From positions 62,001 to 126,000 of the forward strand of contig JAANOX010000050.1 in assembly GCA_020184695.1 (NCBI GenBank): a stretch of DNA of 64,000 nucleotides, written 5' to 3'. Below, one piece after another: positions 10,706 to 22,340 of the stretch. Each line of letters starts with the position of its first letter. Within the stretch, counting starts at the first letter, position 1. The notes under the pieces are model-generated. The model had not been told where the DNA came from, ran no database searches, and was given only the letters and a program-made list of their open reading frames with translations. This DNA comes from Histomonas meleagridis 2922-C6/04-290x. Its lineage: Eukaryota; Protista; Parabasalia. A program made the position numbers and the translations under genes.

Positions 10706-12142
10706 TTAGAAAACGCCACCTCCGTAGCCTCCATTTCCGTAACCCCTGTTTTGGCTATTGTTTCCATAGCCTCCTTGTCCATAACCACCTTGGCCGTAGC
10801 CACCTTGTCCATATCCGCCACTTTGATTATTATTACTTCCATATCCACCTTGGCCATAACCACCACCTTGGTTACCGCCGTTGTTTCCATATCCACCTTG
10901 GCCATATCCGCCCTGACCATATCCACTTGGCTTATTATTATTTCCATATCCACCATTTCCATATCCGCCGCTTTGGTTGTTGCTACCATCGAAATCTGTC
11001 ATTCCTCCTTGTGGTTGGCTTGGAGAAGCGATCTCTCCTGGCATTCCGCCCATTGGAGTTGCTGGTTCTGGAAGAGAATATGGTGTTGGTTGTGGAAGAT
11101 TTGGCATTGATGTGATTGATTGTGTGATCATAAGCTCAGCTTCTTCTGGTGATGGTACATATTCGTTTTGAACAGCAAAATTCTCTTGTGACCATTCATC
11201 ATTAAGTGGACGTGCTGCTGCGAGGAGTGCGTTAACAGCCTCGTTAAGTCTGGTGTTGTTCTTGTCGAGCTTAGAAACTTCAGTTAATTGGTTGATAGCA
11301 AATCTGACTAATGAGATAGCTTTACCAATGAAATCTTTGCTCTTGTTGAAATAGCCGAGATGAATTGCGGCGCATGCATAATAGAATTTCTTTGCTCCAA
11401 CAATCCAATTAATGTATTGAGAATGAAGAACATCTTTTGGATTGACTGATTGTGCTGCTTCAAGTGCACTTGAATAAGTTGCGGAAACTGTGTAGCATAG
11501 TTTGGAAATACCACCAGAAGCAAGGCCATCTCTTTCTCCTTTAGATGCGATAAGAGCATAAACTTGAGCAAGACAAACAGACTTAAGAGAGTTCAAAACG
11601 CCAGGTTGGAACTCGTGTGGGATTTGTTCTGCTCCAATTACACGTCTATCTGATGCAAGGAAATGGAAAATTCCTGCTGCCTCCTTAAGGATGGTGACTG
11701 ATTGCTCTGGACCACTTGCTGATGACTTTAAGAAAGCTTCGTTCATCATAAGAATTGCACGAAGAAGAACGATATGAAGAATTTCATTATTGAAGTATGT
11801 TGCTGGGAAGAAACGTTCTACATATTTGTGAGCAACAAATGGAGATTGATTCCAATGGATTCGAACGTCAGTTGGATGAATGGTAAGATCTGAATCTTTA
11901 GCTTGTTCGACAGCAAGCGCTGCACGAAGATATCTATCAAGTGCTTCAATTCTTGTAGCCATTGGATGCTCAGTTTTTAGAGTGCAAAGCAAATTGTCGT
12001 GAGCGTTATCTGCTTCTGTGAGAACATTAGCTTTTTCTGGAGGCCAGTTCTTAAAGAGCTTTCCAAAGTTGATCTTGTCTGGTGATGGATGTGCGAGTGT
12101 CAGTAGCGGTACCTTTTCGAGTACTTTTATTTTCGTGCTCAT
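10706..12142 (-). CDS. BRO1-domain protein with Gly/Tyr/Gln/Asn-rich tail
   Basis: BRO1-like helices (EILHIVLLRA, ILKEAAGIFHFL, CLAQVYAL), a Pro-rich linker and a GGYGQ-repeat C-terminus. Confidence 0.8.
   Translation of the reverse strand: MSTKIKVLEKVPLLTLAHPSPDKINFGKLFKNWPPEKANVLTEADNAHDNLLCTLKTEHPMATRIEALDRYLRAALAVEQAKDSDLTIHPTDVRIHWNQSPFVAHKYVERFFPATYFNNEILHIVLLRAILMMNEAFLKSSASGPEQSVTILKEAAGIFHFLASDRRVIGAEQIPHEFQPGVLNSLKSVCLAQVYALIASKGERDGLASGGISKLCYTVSATYSSALEAAQSVNPKDVLHSQYINWIVGAKKFYYACAAIHLGYFNKSKDFIGKAISLVRFAINQLTEVSKLDKNNTRLNEAVNALLAAARPLNDEWSQENFAVQNEYVPSPEEAELMITQSITSMPNLPQPTPYSLPEPATPMGGMPGEIASPSQPQGGMTDFDGSNNQSGGYGNGGYGNNNKPSGYGQGGYGQGGYGNNGGNQGGGYGQGGYGSNNNQSGGYGQGGYGQGGYGQGGYGNNSQNRGYGNGGYGGGVF
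10720..10975 (-). repeat. Coding low-complexity GGYG(Q/N) repeats
   Basis: Repeated ~15-nt units encoding GGYGQ/GGYGN in the BRO1 tail. Confidence 0.9.
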
Positions 12143-12799
12143 AGGAATGAATGGGCTTTGATCCGACGGTTGTATCGGTTATCCGATTTTTGAAGGAAAA
12201 TTTGAAAGGGGAAATTTGTCACCGGTGATTTTGATCGTCGAGTGTTTATCAAAAACTGGAAAGTGGTTACTCCACTTCAGGTTTTTTAGTAAATGAAAAA
12301 ACTGTTGAAGTTCTATTAAATAGAGCAAAAGTTTTGGAGTTGTGGTGCAAAATTCCTTTTAGGGAATATATCTTTTGTGAAGGAAATTATATTTGGAAAG
12401 AAATCAAATCAAAATTTAATTTTTTTTTTTTTATTAAAAAGAAACTCTTCAGTTATATCAGGATATAATTTTGAACGGATATTTGTACTAGTAATTTACA
12501 AAATCATATTGATTGTTATTTTTTTTTTTTATATAAAAAGATAAAATATTAAATGAGAAAATCTTAAATTTAATTTGCACCCAAAAAATATTTAAACATT
12601 TTTAAAGAAAAGACAAAACGAAAATATTTTTAACTATGTGATCATTTTGAGATGCACAAATAAGTGCTGCTTTATATAATTTAAATAATTTCCAAATATT
12701 ATATTGTAATAGAAATTATTAAAATATATGTAAAATATAATGAATAAATATCTTTAACATTAACATCATTTTTTTCTTTTTCTATGTATCCATTTTCAG

Positions 12800-13200
12800 A
12801 TGAAAGAGTTTATTATTCTGTTTTTATAAATATTTTTAATTTCTAAAAAACATTTGGAAATAACCCAAGTTATTCAACACAAACCCTTATAAAGGAAGTT
12901 CATCTTAGTGGAGTTGACTTAGTTAAATTCTTTTTTGATCAAAAAGATATTAATGCTAATTATATTAATTTAATTTTTTTCCAAATATCTAGATATTTCT
13001 AATTAATATTAGGAAATTGATTTTCGTGTTTAGTTCCGCACTCATATAGCATCTTTAAATAATAAAATAGAAATAATTATATCACTTCTTGAACAAATAG
13101 GAATTGATACCAACACAAAAAATATTAATTTGTATTATTTAATATTAGATCAATATTGATTTTAATATTAAAAATATTCGTTTCTTTATTTATGATATCC
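12800..13200 (+). pseudogene. Decayed ankyrin-repeat remnant of the interrupted-ankyrin family
   Basis: catttggaaata motif, then frameshifted (S/T)AL...EIIISLLEQIGIDTNTKN blocks followed by insert-like AT-rich sequence. Confidence 0.6.
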
Positions 13201-13924
13201 CAAATAATATTGGAATTTTTTTTAATAATAAATTGAAATTGAATTGAATAAAATGTTCCACACATAAATTATATAAATGTATTATATCTTTTGAAATTCA
13301 CTCATTGAATCATATTGACATTTGTAATCGAAAGAAAACATTAGATGTTTTAGATGTATTTGATGTGACAGCATGAAACAATAAATTATAGAATAATTAG
13401 CCAAAAATGAATAACTAATAATTATAATAAATCATTTATAAAATCCTGTATAGAAGAACAATATTTAAAAAATTTAGACATTTTAAAGTTACGTTATTCC
13501 ATAAAGCAATAAATATGCATTTTATTATGATGAAGCTAATTAATATACAATTCAGTATATAGAATTAATCAAGGTGAAATTATTACAGTATTGTATCATA
13601 ATTTATTAATTGATTATTAGGTTATCATAATATAATGAATATATGAACATATTCAGAATATTCTAATGATGTTTTGGAAATTAATGTATGCTGTGTAAAT
13701 TATGGAAATAATTTGAAAAATGTGAATGTTTATTAAATGCATCTGTAAACATTAAAAACTTGTATCTTGTTAAACTAATAGTGAATTTGTTCAATTTATT
13801 ATTGGGAATAAAACTGACCTATCGGCGCCAGACTTTTTGTGAATAAATTCTTATGCCACAACCATTGACAGAAATAAGTTCACAAGACCAAAATAAATTT
13901 GAATGATTTACAAAATCCTAACAG

Positions 13925-14638
13925 ATGTCTGGTCTTCATGAACAGATTCTCCAGGGTTTTACTGTTTTACAAACACTAGAACGAAAAGACGAGGAAGAAC
14001 TTATACAAGAAGATCCAAATGTGACACTTATTTTTCAACTATGGGAACCTTTAAATTATACATCACCATTTCCAATTACAATTGAAATTCCACACCCTCT
14101 TCATATCAATTCTGTATTCCCAGTTAGAGTTATAACAAAAGATCCCCAAGAAGAATGGAAAGAAAAATTTAAAGAAGCACTTCCTCCTTTCCCATTAAAA
14201 GTTTATTCCATAACAAAATGGAAGAAGAGATTTAACAGTGCATATGAAAGAAGAAATGTAATAAAAGAAACTAGTGTTTTTGTTGCTGATCGAAAAATAG
14301 GATATATTATTGGTGATTCAATTGGAGCAGATTTCTTTGCAAAAAAGAAGCTCCCTGTTCTTGTTGATTTTCCAGAAGATGAAGATGTTCTCAAGCCGAT
14401 CCAACATGTTTTAGAATGTACAACAGCAACTTTACCTAAAGGTTATAAGTTTGCTTCTGCTGTTGGCAGGCTTTCATGGGATGCAGGCGATATTGCAGAC
14501 AACTCTGTTGCTGTTATAGATTCGATATTTGAAAAAGTCGGGAAAGAAAAAGTTGCTGCAATCTATATAAGGACACCTGGCAGTACTCTAATTCCTCTTT
14601 ATACAGCAGATATAAAGGATATTATAACTTCAGATTAA
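13925..14638 (+). CDS. Ribosomal L1 domain-containing protein (RSL1D1/Cic1/Utp30-like)
   Basis: FVADRKI...GADFFAKKKLPVLVDF and AVGRLSWDAGDIADN resemble the L1p/L10e-domain ribosome biogenesis factors. Confidence 0.7.
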   Translation: MSGLHEQILQGFTVLQTLERKDEEELIQEDPNVTLIFQLWEPLNYTSPFPITIEIPHPLHINSVFPVRVITKDPQEEWKEKFKEALPPFPLKVYSITKWKKRFNSAYERRNVIKETSVFVADRKIGYIIGDSIGADFFAKKKLPVLVDFPEDEDVLKPIQHVLECTTATLPKGYKFASAVGRLSWDAGDIADNSVAVIDSIFEKVGKEKVAAIYIRTPGSTLIPLYTADIKDIITSD

Positions 14639-14888
14639 TAAAAAAAGAATAAATCTATAACGGTAACCGTTAAAAGTGATTAATGTCAGAATTCTGGTTG
14701 AACGAAAAAAAATGGTTCACTTTTTGAATGCTATTTCAGAGTTTAAAGCGATCAAAACCGCTGCTTATTTTTTTCGAATCTTTTTCTACTATTATTAATC
14801 GTTTTTGTGTAAATAACTGTTTATTCAAAATTGAATGCATTACATGGTCTTCCTTTTGAAAAAATACGTTATTTACAGTCGGCCCGAA

Positions 14889-15140
14889 ATGAGCGAAAAC
14901 AGCGGAGATGTCCAACTATCTGTTACTTCTTCATCTTCCTCCTCCCTCCATTCCAAGGAAGAGGAAAAAGAAAATTCTATTATTGTTACGAATAATGATT
15001 CCGAGCAAAAAGAAAATCATTCAGAAAATGAAAATGCTCATCACGAAAATCAACAGGAAGATAACAAAAAAGAAAGTGGTTCTCAAACAAACAAAGGAGA
15101 CCAACAAAAGGCACAATCAAAATGCTGTGTTCTCCTTTAA
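14889..15140 (+). CDS. Small acidic protein with C-terminal CC/CaaX lipidation motif
   Basis: MSENSGD... acidic low-complexity body ending KCCVLL*. Confidence 0.65.
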   Translation: MSENSGDVQLSVTSSSSSSLHSKEEEKENSIIVTNNDSEQKENHSENENAHHENQQEDNKKESGSQTNKGDQQKAQSKCCVLL

Positions 15141-15427
15141 TTGGATTTCAACAACTTATGAATAAAAATTTTACTTTGCAAACATCTCTTTCACTATCTT
15201 CATTTAGTTAGATAAGGTAGTTTTTATCATTTGTGAATGAAGATTTGATAAATTTAAAAAAAAAAACAAATTGTATGTAAAATGTATATTAAACAGTTCA
15301 TTTTCTTTGTTTGGCCATGATTAAGTAAAACCAATATGTTCTTGATAACAACTCAAGGAAAAATGATAAAATAAGTTGAATATTTTGACAGGTGAACGTT
15401 TATTATATTATTTAACCAAATTTCAAA

Positions 15428-17931
15428 ATGGAAACCAAAAATCATGATTTAAAAACTCAACCTATTTGCTTGGAATTCTGTCTTAATTTAGAGCAAATGA
15501 TTTTTAAATTAACTCAAGAAAATTTTGAATTAACAGTTGATCAAACAATGAAATTTTATGATTTGAATTTCCCGTATACATATGATTTACTATTGAGCAA
15601 TTTAATTTATTCTGCAATTTATTCACAAAAATGTTTAAATGATATCTATTTTCGTTATTTAGAAAATATTCAAATGAAAGAAAAAGAAATTAATAAAAGT
15701 GATTTAAAAATTATTGAAATTTTTAGCAATTACTTAAGCAAAAGAAACACACAAGAATCATATTATATACTCGAGAATATGATTGAACGAAATCTAATTG
15801 ACAAAGATATTGTGTGTGACATTATCAAAAACACAAAAACATTATTTTTTTCACATCACAATTCTCGACCACAATGCAATAATTTTTGTCTGGGTACTAA
15901 AGAATATAATTTTTTGGGGAAAATTAAAATTTTATCAATGAATGATTGGGAACTTCATAAGAAGTATATTCAAGAAGGAGCTAATCCAGATGAAATTGCG
16001 AAAATAATTCGAAATGATGAAGTCGAAAAACTTCAAGAAATATCATCACAAACAAATTTTGATTTTGATCAAAAAATTGAACCATCACTTTATGAAAAAT
16101 ATTCATTTGTTAATTATTACAATGTTTCATTAATTGATTATGCAGCATTTTTTTCTTCAGTTAAATGTTTTAAATATTTACTTATGAATGGTGCAAATGT
16201 TCAAAACGCGTTTTTAATGAATAATACATTAAAATATGCAATTGCAGGTGGAAATGAAGAAATCATTCATTTATGTGAACAAAATAATTCAACATTTGAA
16301 GGTGCATATGAAGCAGCAATTGAATTTCATCGAAATGATTTGTTTCATTATATTTATGAAAACAAATTAGAAAAATTAGATGATGGTAAGACAAACATTA
16401 ATGGTTTGGGTTGTCGGTGTATTGAAAATGGAAATTATGAGATTTTCATATATTTAGAAAAAGAAGGAATGAAAATTGATGATGAAATCATTATACAAGC
16501 AGCAAAAATTGGTAATTTATATCTTATTAAATCTTTTCTTCAGAATACTCAAGTTCCAAACAATATTTTCGCTTATGCTGTAGAATCGGAAAACATTGAA
16601 CTTATACATTATCTATTAGAGCAAGAAGGAATTGATATTAATGCTAAAGATATTTATTTGTTTTATTTAAAATCCGTTTTTCAAAATAATATTTGGAAAT
16701 TATTTAAATTATTTGATACAGCACTTATTTATGCATCTGAAAATGTTAATGCAGAAATAGTTAAATTACTTCTTGAACAAAAAGGAATTGATATTAATGC
16801 TAAAAATTATATTTTTTTAGATAATTTTATATTTCAAAATAATATTCGGAAATTATTTAAATTATTTGAAACAGCATTTATGAAAGCATCAGAAAATGGT
16901 AATATTGAAATAGTAAAATTACTTCTTGAACAAGAAGGAATTGATATTAATGAGAAAGATATTTATATGTTTTATTTGAAATTTATTTCAATATTTTCTA
17001 ATTTCAAAAATAATATTTGGAAATTATTTAAATTATTTAGAACAGCACTTATGAAAGCATCTGAAAAAGGTAATTTAGAAATAGTAAAATTACTTCTTGA
17101 ACAAAAAGGAATTGAGATTAATGCGATAGATATTTATTGGTTTTATTTAAAATTTATTTTAATAATTTGATATTTCAAAATAATATTTGGAAATTATTTA
17201 AAATATTATGGACAGCACTTGTGCATGGAACTTTAAATGGTCATACAGAAATCGTTAAATTACTTCTTGAACAAGAAGGAATTGAACTTAATGCTAAAAA
17301 TATTTATTTGTTTTATTTGATATTTATTTTAATAATTTTGGGTTTCAATATAATATTTGGAAATAATTTTCAATATTTTATACAGCACTTATAATAGCAG
17401 CTGAAAGAGGTAATGTAGAAATAGTAAAATTACTTCTTGAACAAAAAGGAATTGATATTAATGCCAAAAATATTTAATTATTTTATTTATTATTTATTCG
17501 AATAATTTGATATTATATTATAACATTTGAAATTTAATGACAATGTTTCAAACAGCACTTGGAAAAGCATCTGAAAGATATATTATAACAACTGCTGAGC
17601 AGAAAAGAAGTGATATTAATGCACAAAATATTTATATTAATAATACAATATCTCTATATAATATTTGAAAATCATTCGAAATATTTAAAACTGGACTTAT
17701 TTCTGATTCTTCAAGAAATTATATTGAAATAGTTAAATTACTTCTTGAACAAGAAGGAATTGATATTAATAATAATGATATTTCTTTGTTTTATATGAAA
17801 TTTGTTTTGATAATTTCTTATTTCAAAATCATTTTTGAAATTTCATAAAAACATTTCAAAAGGCAATTAAGTTATTATCTGATCATGGTCACATGAGCTT
17901 AGTTCAGGAACCTCAAGATAAGACCACATGA
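15428..17931 (+). CDS. DUF3447-type ankyrin-repeat gene with 8 loop inserts (66, 63, 81, 80, 80, 80, 60, 80 nt)
   Basis: N-terminal IAKIIRNDEVEKLQE...LIDYAAFFSSVKCFKYL domain, then TAL..AS..G..EIVKLLLEQEGIDINAKD units. The simple ORF ends at 17170 inside the first 80-nt insert, but ankyrin blocks continue to a TGA at ~17931. Confidence 0.75.
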
Positions 17932-18286
17932 AAATTACATGGAATCCGGATTTGAAAGGAATTGAACGTATCGGATTTTGTAAATCATGTAAATAAAACA
18001 TGCTTCAATGCCTATTCAATTATTTTCATGTTTGTGAGAAAATATTTGCTCATTCAATTGTGTTTCAATTAAAATAATTTCGCCTAAAATATTCTATGAA
18101 AATAAAAAATGACATCAAAAATAAAAACTACTTTTGATCGTTTTTTTACAGAAATACCATTCAAAAAGTTGGATCGGTGTGTGTCATTTGTTTGTGAGAT
18201 GCACCTTACTTTCAAATTGATCACTCCCCATTGAATTTTGAATTCATTAGATTTTGTATTTGAAAGAGCATTTCATTTCACAAAGA

Positions 18287-18595
18287 ATGAATCACCCAAG
18301 CAACAAGCCAAAGAAATCAAGTCAAAGGGATAAGAGAGAAAAAATGCTCTACAAGAAAGTTTTAGGTAACTTTGTTGTTATAGGAAGTAAAGGAGAAAAA
18401 ATTGTGAATGATATCTTGAATCATGATGTCACACTTTGTAGAATGGTATCCCTCGCAACCGTAATTTCAGGAATGTCTGGTTTGCCTTTAATACGCCTTT
18501 ACAAAAGGAGAAAACCATTAATGTTCAAGTGGTTCGACGAAAACTATCTCGTAGTTAACGAATGTAGAAATTGGATTAAACTTGTCTATCAGTAG
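18287..18595 (+). CDS. Small basic hypothetical protein
   Basis: ATG at 18287 (MNHPSNK...) with a YKRRKPLMFKWFDENY motif; no function assignable. Confidence 0.55.
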   Translation: MNHPSNKPKKSSQRDKREKMLYKKVLGNFVVIGSKGEKIVNDILNHDVTLCRMVSLATVISGMSGLPLIRLYKRRKPLMFKWFDENYLVVNECRNWIKLVYQ

Positions 18596-19306
18596 GCACC
18601 AATTTCTGGCAAAAAAAAAATAAAAAAAAAAAAAAATAAATAAATAATAAATAAAAAGATTATATTTCTATAGAACCGTTCGACTGTTTGCCACAATTTT
18701 AAATTCAAAAAATGTTTCTTTCAATTTTCTTTCGTGAGCTCGTCATGACGAATTGTACGACATAGAATTCCTATTTATGAGTAGTACACATGAATTTTAT
18801 TCATATGATATATCCCATTCATTCATTGCTCAAACAAATATATTATTTTCAAAAGCATATAAAATTTGTGAAAGCAGAAATTTCAACGATTAGAATAATT
18901 GTAACATAAATTTTGTTATATATTTTGGTTTATTTTATTATCTTTGCTTACCGGATATTTACTTGGGTTAGTCATCGATATTCTAACCGCCGATGAACGA
19001 TATAAACATCGACATTATAACCGTAACGATATTGATGTATATTGATAGGATATCAGTATTTTTCACGAATATTTTTGAATTAACCAATAACAGAATAAAA
19101 GTATCAGCGAAATTGAAACAATGTTTTTTCACATAACATTTCATGATGAATGATCGTTATCTTCACAAAAAGTATTATCGGTCCAGATGAATTCAACGTT
19201 TTAATACGATTATTTTCGACTTAACGAACGACTTTTTCATAGAACGTTCTGTAAAAAACCGCTGACATTTTCAACCGTTTAATAAAAATTAACGTTCAAC
19301 ATAATT

Positions 19307-20056
19307 TTACTCAGGTATCGAAAACGCTTCGTAATGATATCTTAGGTCTCGATTTTTTGTTATACGCGCTTCGTAAGGATACCATTTATTCTCTAAAATT
19401 AATTTTTCTGCTTTTTTAATATGGTGATTTAATTGCAAAGATAACGTTTGACCAATTCCACAAAGATACATTATACTTCTCCAAAGGTATTCCTTTTCTT
19501 TTTCAAGTTCTTCTTTTTTCTTAATTAGCATTTCTTTTTCTTGATATAATTTGTTTACATCTTCAATTTCGTCCTCAAATTTCTCTTCCTTTAACTCAAT
19601 GGAACTACAAACTTTCGTAAAGATTCTTGACAAGAGACTAATGTGCAAAAGCTTTTCATTATTTTCCTTGATTTGATCTTGCATCGTTTTAAATTCTTTC
19701 ATAAAATCGTTGTTTTTCATTTGATATTGATTAGTTGGAGGTTTCTCGGCGAAAGGCAATGAATGCTTTTTTCTTGTTTCTTCATCATCGATAATATTTG
19801 TTCCAATCAGCATTAAAATTTTTTTATATTGAAGAATCGATGTTTTTTGTTGCAGCTCTAAGAAGAATAATTGCTCACTCAACTGAACATGCTCACTTTC
19901 TAGTTTCTTTAGCTCATTTAGAGCTTGCGCATTCCGAAGTTTCCATTCTTCAAAATTGTACATTAATCTTATCATCAAAGTTTGATGCGTGTTAACATAT
20001 TGAAAAATTAACCGTTTCAACAAACAAAAAATTAATTTTTCGATATAATTATGCAT
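19307..20056 (-). CDS. Coiled-coil hypothetical protein
   Basis: 249-aa E/K/L-rich heptad-like ORF; the true start is probably an internal Met. Confidence 0.6.
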   Translation of the reverse strand: MHNYIEKLIFCLLKRLIFQYVNTHQTLMIRLMYNFEEWKLRNAQALNELKKLESEHVQLSEQLFFLELQQKTSILQYKKILMLIGTNIIDDEETRKKHSLPFAEKPPTNQYQMKNNDFMKEFKTMQDQIKENNEKLLHISLLSRIFTKVCSSIELKEEKFEDEIEDVNKLYQEKEMLIKKKEELEKEKEYLWRSIMYLCGIGQTLSLQLNHHIKKAEKLILENKWYPYEARITKNRDLRYHYEAFSIPE

Positions 20057-20154
20057 GAAAAGTTAATGAAAATGAGCTAAATGTATCACTTTTAATGAGA
20101 ATTATTCATATACATTTTTTTATATGGCGTGTTGACCATTATTTTTATTGTATT

Positions 20155-20847
20155 CTAGATTTCGATTTTGATGTATTTTTGTGCTTCATAAAGTGATGGT
20201 TGATTCATAAGTAAATATTTAAAACATTTAACCGAAGAAAAAAATGCTGCATAATCTATTAATGTAACATTTTCTGTATTAATAAATGAACATCTTTCAT
20301 AAAGTGATCGTTCATTTGTTTGATTAAAATCGAATTCATTTTGTGATGATATTTCTTGAAGTTTTTCGATTTCATCATTTCGAATTATTTTTGCAATTTC
20401 ATTTGGATTAATTCCTTCTTTAATCAATTGCTTATGAAGTGCAAAATCATTTTTTGAAAGTTCTTCATAAGAAATATTTTCTTGATCAAATAAATATTCA
20501 TATTCATCTGATTTATCTTGATTAATATGAACAAAAAATGGTTTATGTATATTTTGAATGATTTTTGATTCAAGTAAATTATACTTAATCATGTAATTAA
20601 GTAAATATAATGATTCATGTGTGTTTTTTTTAAGTAGAAATTGAGAAAATAAATTTATTATTTTTGAGTTGATTTTATTGTTTTCTTCATATTTTTCAAT
20701 TTCTTGTAATAATCTCAAATATATATCAAAATTATGACTATTAATCAGAATAGATGTATATATCATTCGGATTATCATGATATCATAAGATATTGGATAT
20801 TCTTTACAAAACTGTATTTCCTTCGTATCGTTCGCCGATGGACTCAT
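20155..20847 (-). pseudogene. Truncated paralog of the DUF3447-type ankyrin N-terminal region
   Basis: EGINPNEIAKIIRNDEIEKLQEISSQ...LIDYAAFFSSVKCFKYLLMN closely matches the 15428 gene, but the ORF stops before any ankyrin units. Confidence 0.7.
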
Positions 20848-20899
20848 TCTGAAGTTTATCAAAAACACAATTTTGGATTTTCACGAAGCAATCTGAGCT

Positions 20900-21490
20900 A
20901 TAAACAGAGATATCACTTGATGATTTGCCATTGGAACCTGAAAAGAAGCAATTTCCAACATGTGATCTATTCATCATTAAAAGAAAGTTATTACTGATCC
21001 TTCAGAGCCAGATGCATTATTATAAAATTGACAGTGATGATATTATACCAAGACAAATTTTTCAGATCAGTCCAAGTTGCACCAAAATTAGGAGCATAAG
21101 TATTTTTGATCATAACAAATTTCATTATTGGCATTGTGAACTCGAAACATACTGTAAGTTTTGGCTTCACAATAAGTTAAGTTTGTGTAAGAAATGCTTG
21201 AAGTGTATGATGTTTCTTTTAGTGATCCTGAAAATATTGCAAATCTTTCAGCAAAACTCCTAGTGATTAAGAGCACTAAGAGGAAAATGCCATGAAAACT
21301 TGCTATAAAGAGATCCGCCGTAGAGAGATGAACAGTTTTTGAAAATACAATTATTGATTGTTATGTTTGAATCAGAAGCTTTAACTGCTCCTCCATATTC
21401 ACTTGATACGCATTTATTAAACACGCAGCTATCAATGTGAGCACAGACGTTATCATAAACCTGTTGGTTTCTTATTGATTTACATTTCAA
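20900..21490 (-). pseudogene. Fragmented right-handed beta-helix (Pmp/pectin-lyase-like) gene
   Basis: FNKCVSSEYGGAVKASDSNITINNCIFKNCSSLYGGSLY (GGA/FxxN-type repeats), split over several short frames. Confidence 0.55.
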
Positions 21491-22272
21491 TCCAGCACTG
21501 AATTCTAAAACAGTGCTACTTATTTAGCTTCATGGGCAACATCAGTCACATCAGCAATGTCACTAGCATTATCAATTCATTGGAACCAACAATATTTACT
21601 CTCAGTTCAATTTCTTTTGGATTGTGATCCATTTTTTAATCCATCAATGGGTCGTCCACCCCTTAACTCTTATGAGCCTCTCTTCAAACCCATTGGACAC
21701 AACCCACAACCCCACTTCGTCTTCCAAAAGGCAATCGATCTTATTGTAATTCCGAAACAGATTGTTATCCTGGGTGGCATAACTGCCAGCGCAAAAGTGT
21801 TTTAATGGGAAGTTGTAATCCTGGTGAAATGAGTGATAATTGTCCAATTTACTTCCTATATGATCCTAAAATTATTCAAAGTCATATCTACAATGTCGGA
21901 CCTGTAACCTCTACCATTACCATTAGGCCTTCATTCTTTACATATAGTGGAGGTATTTACTCATCGAATGAAAATGAATCAATTATTGGATCACTTGATG
22001 TAACAATAATTGGTTGGGGACAACAAAATTCAACCGACAACACTCCTAGTGGGTGGTGGTATGTAATTCCGCATCTTGGCCGTGATTTCGGCGCTTCTTG
22101 CTCAGAAGTGTTCGGCGACCGTTACAACGAAGTTAACGGCTGCGACTCAAATGACAAAGTTTCTGGAATTATGCTTATTAGAATGGGAGCGAATGATTCT
22201 GGTATTGAATCCAATGCTGTTGGCGCCATTCCATATAATATGGCAACAGAAGAATATGAGAATTCAAACTAA
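21490..22272 (+). pseudogene. Catalytically dead cathepsin-B-like (papain C1) gene with one frameshift near 21680
   Basis: ASWATSVTSAMS (for CWAF), LSVQFLLDCD, GPV...YSGGIYS, GSLDVTIIGWG and GIESNAVG. A frame change occurs between NSYE and HWTQPTTPLRLP. Confidence 0.7.
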
Positions 22273-22340
22273 TATATCTCATTAAATAATTTTCTTTATT
22301 ATACTAAATCAAATAATTGTATTAATGAAAAGAAATTTAC

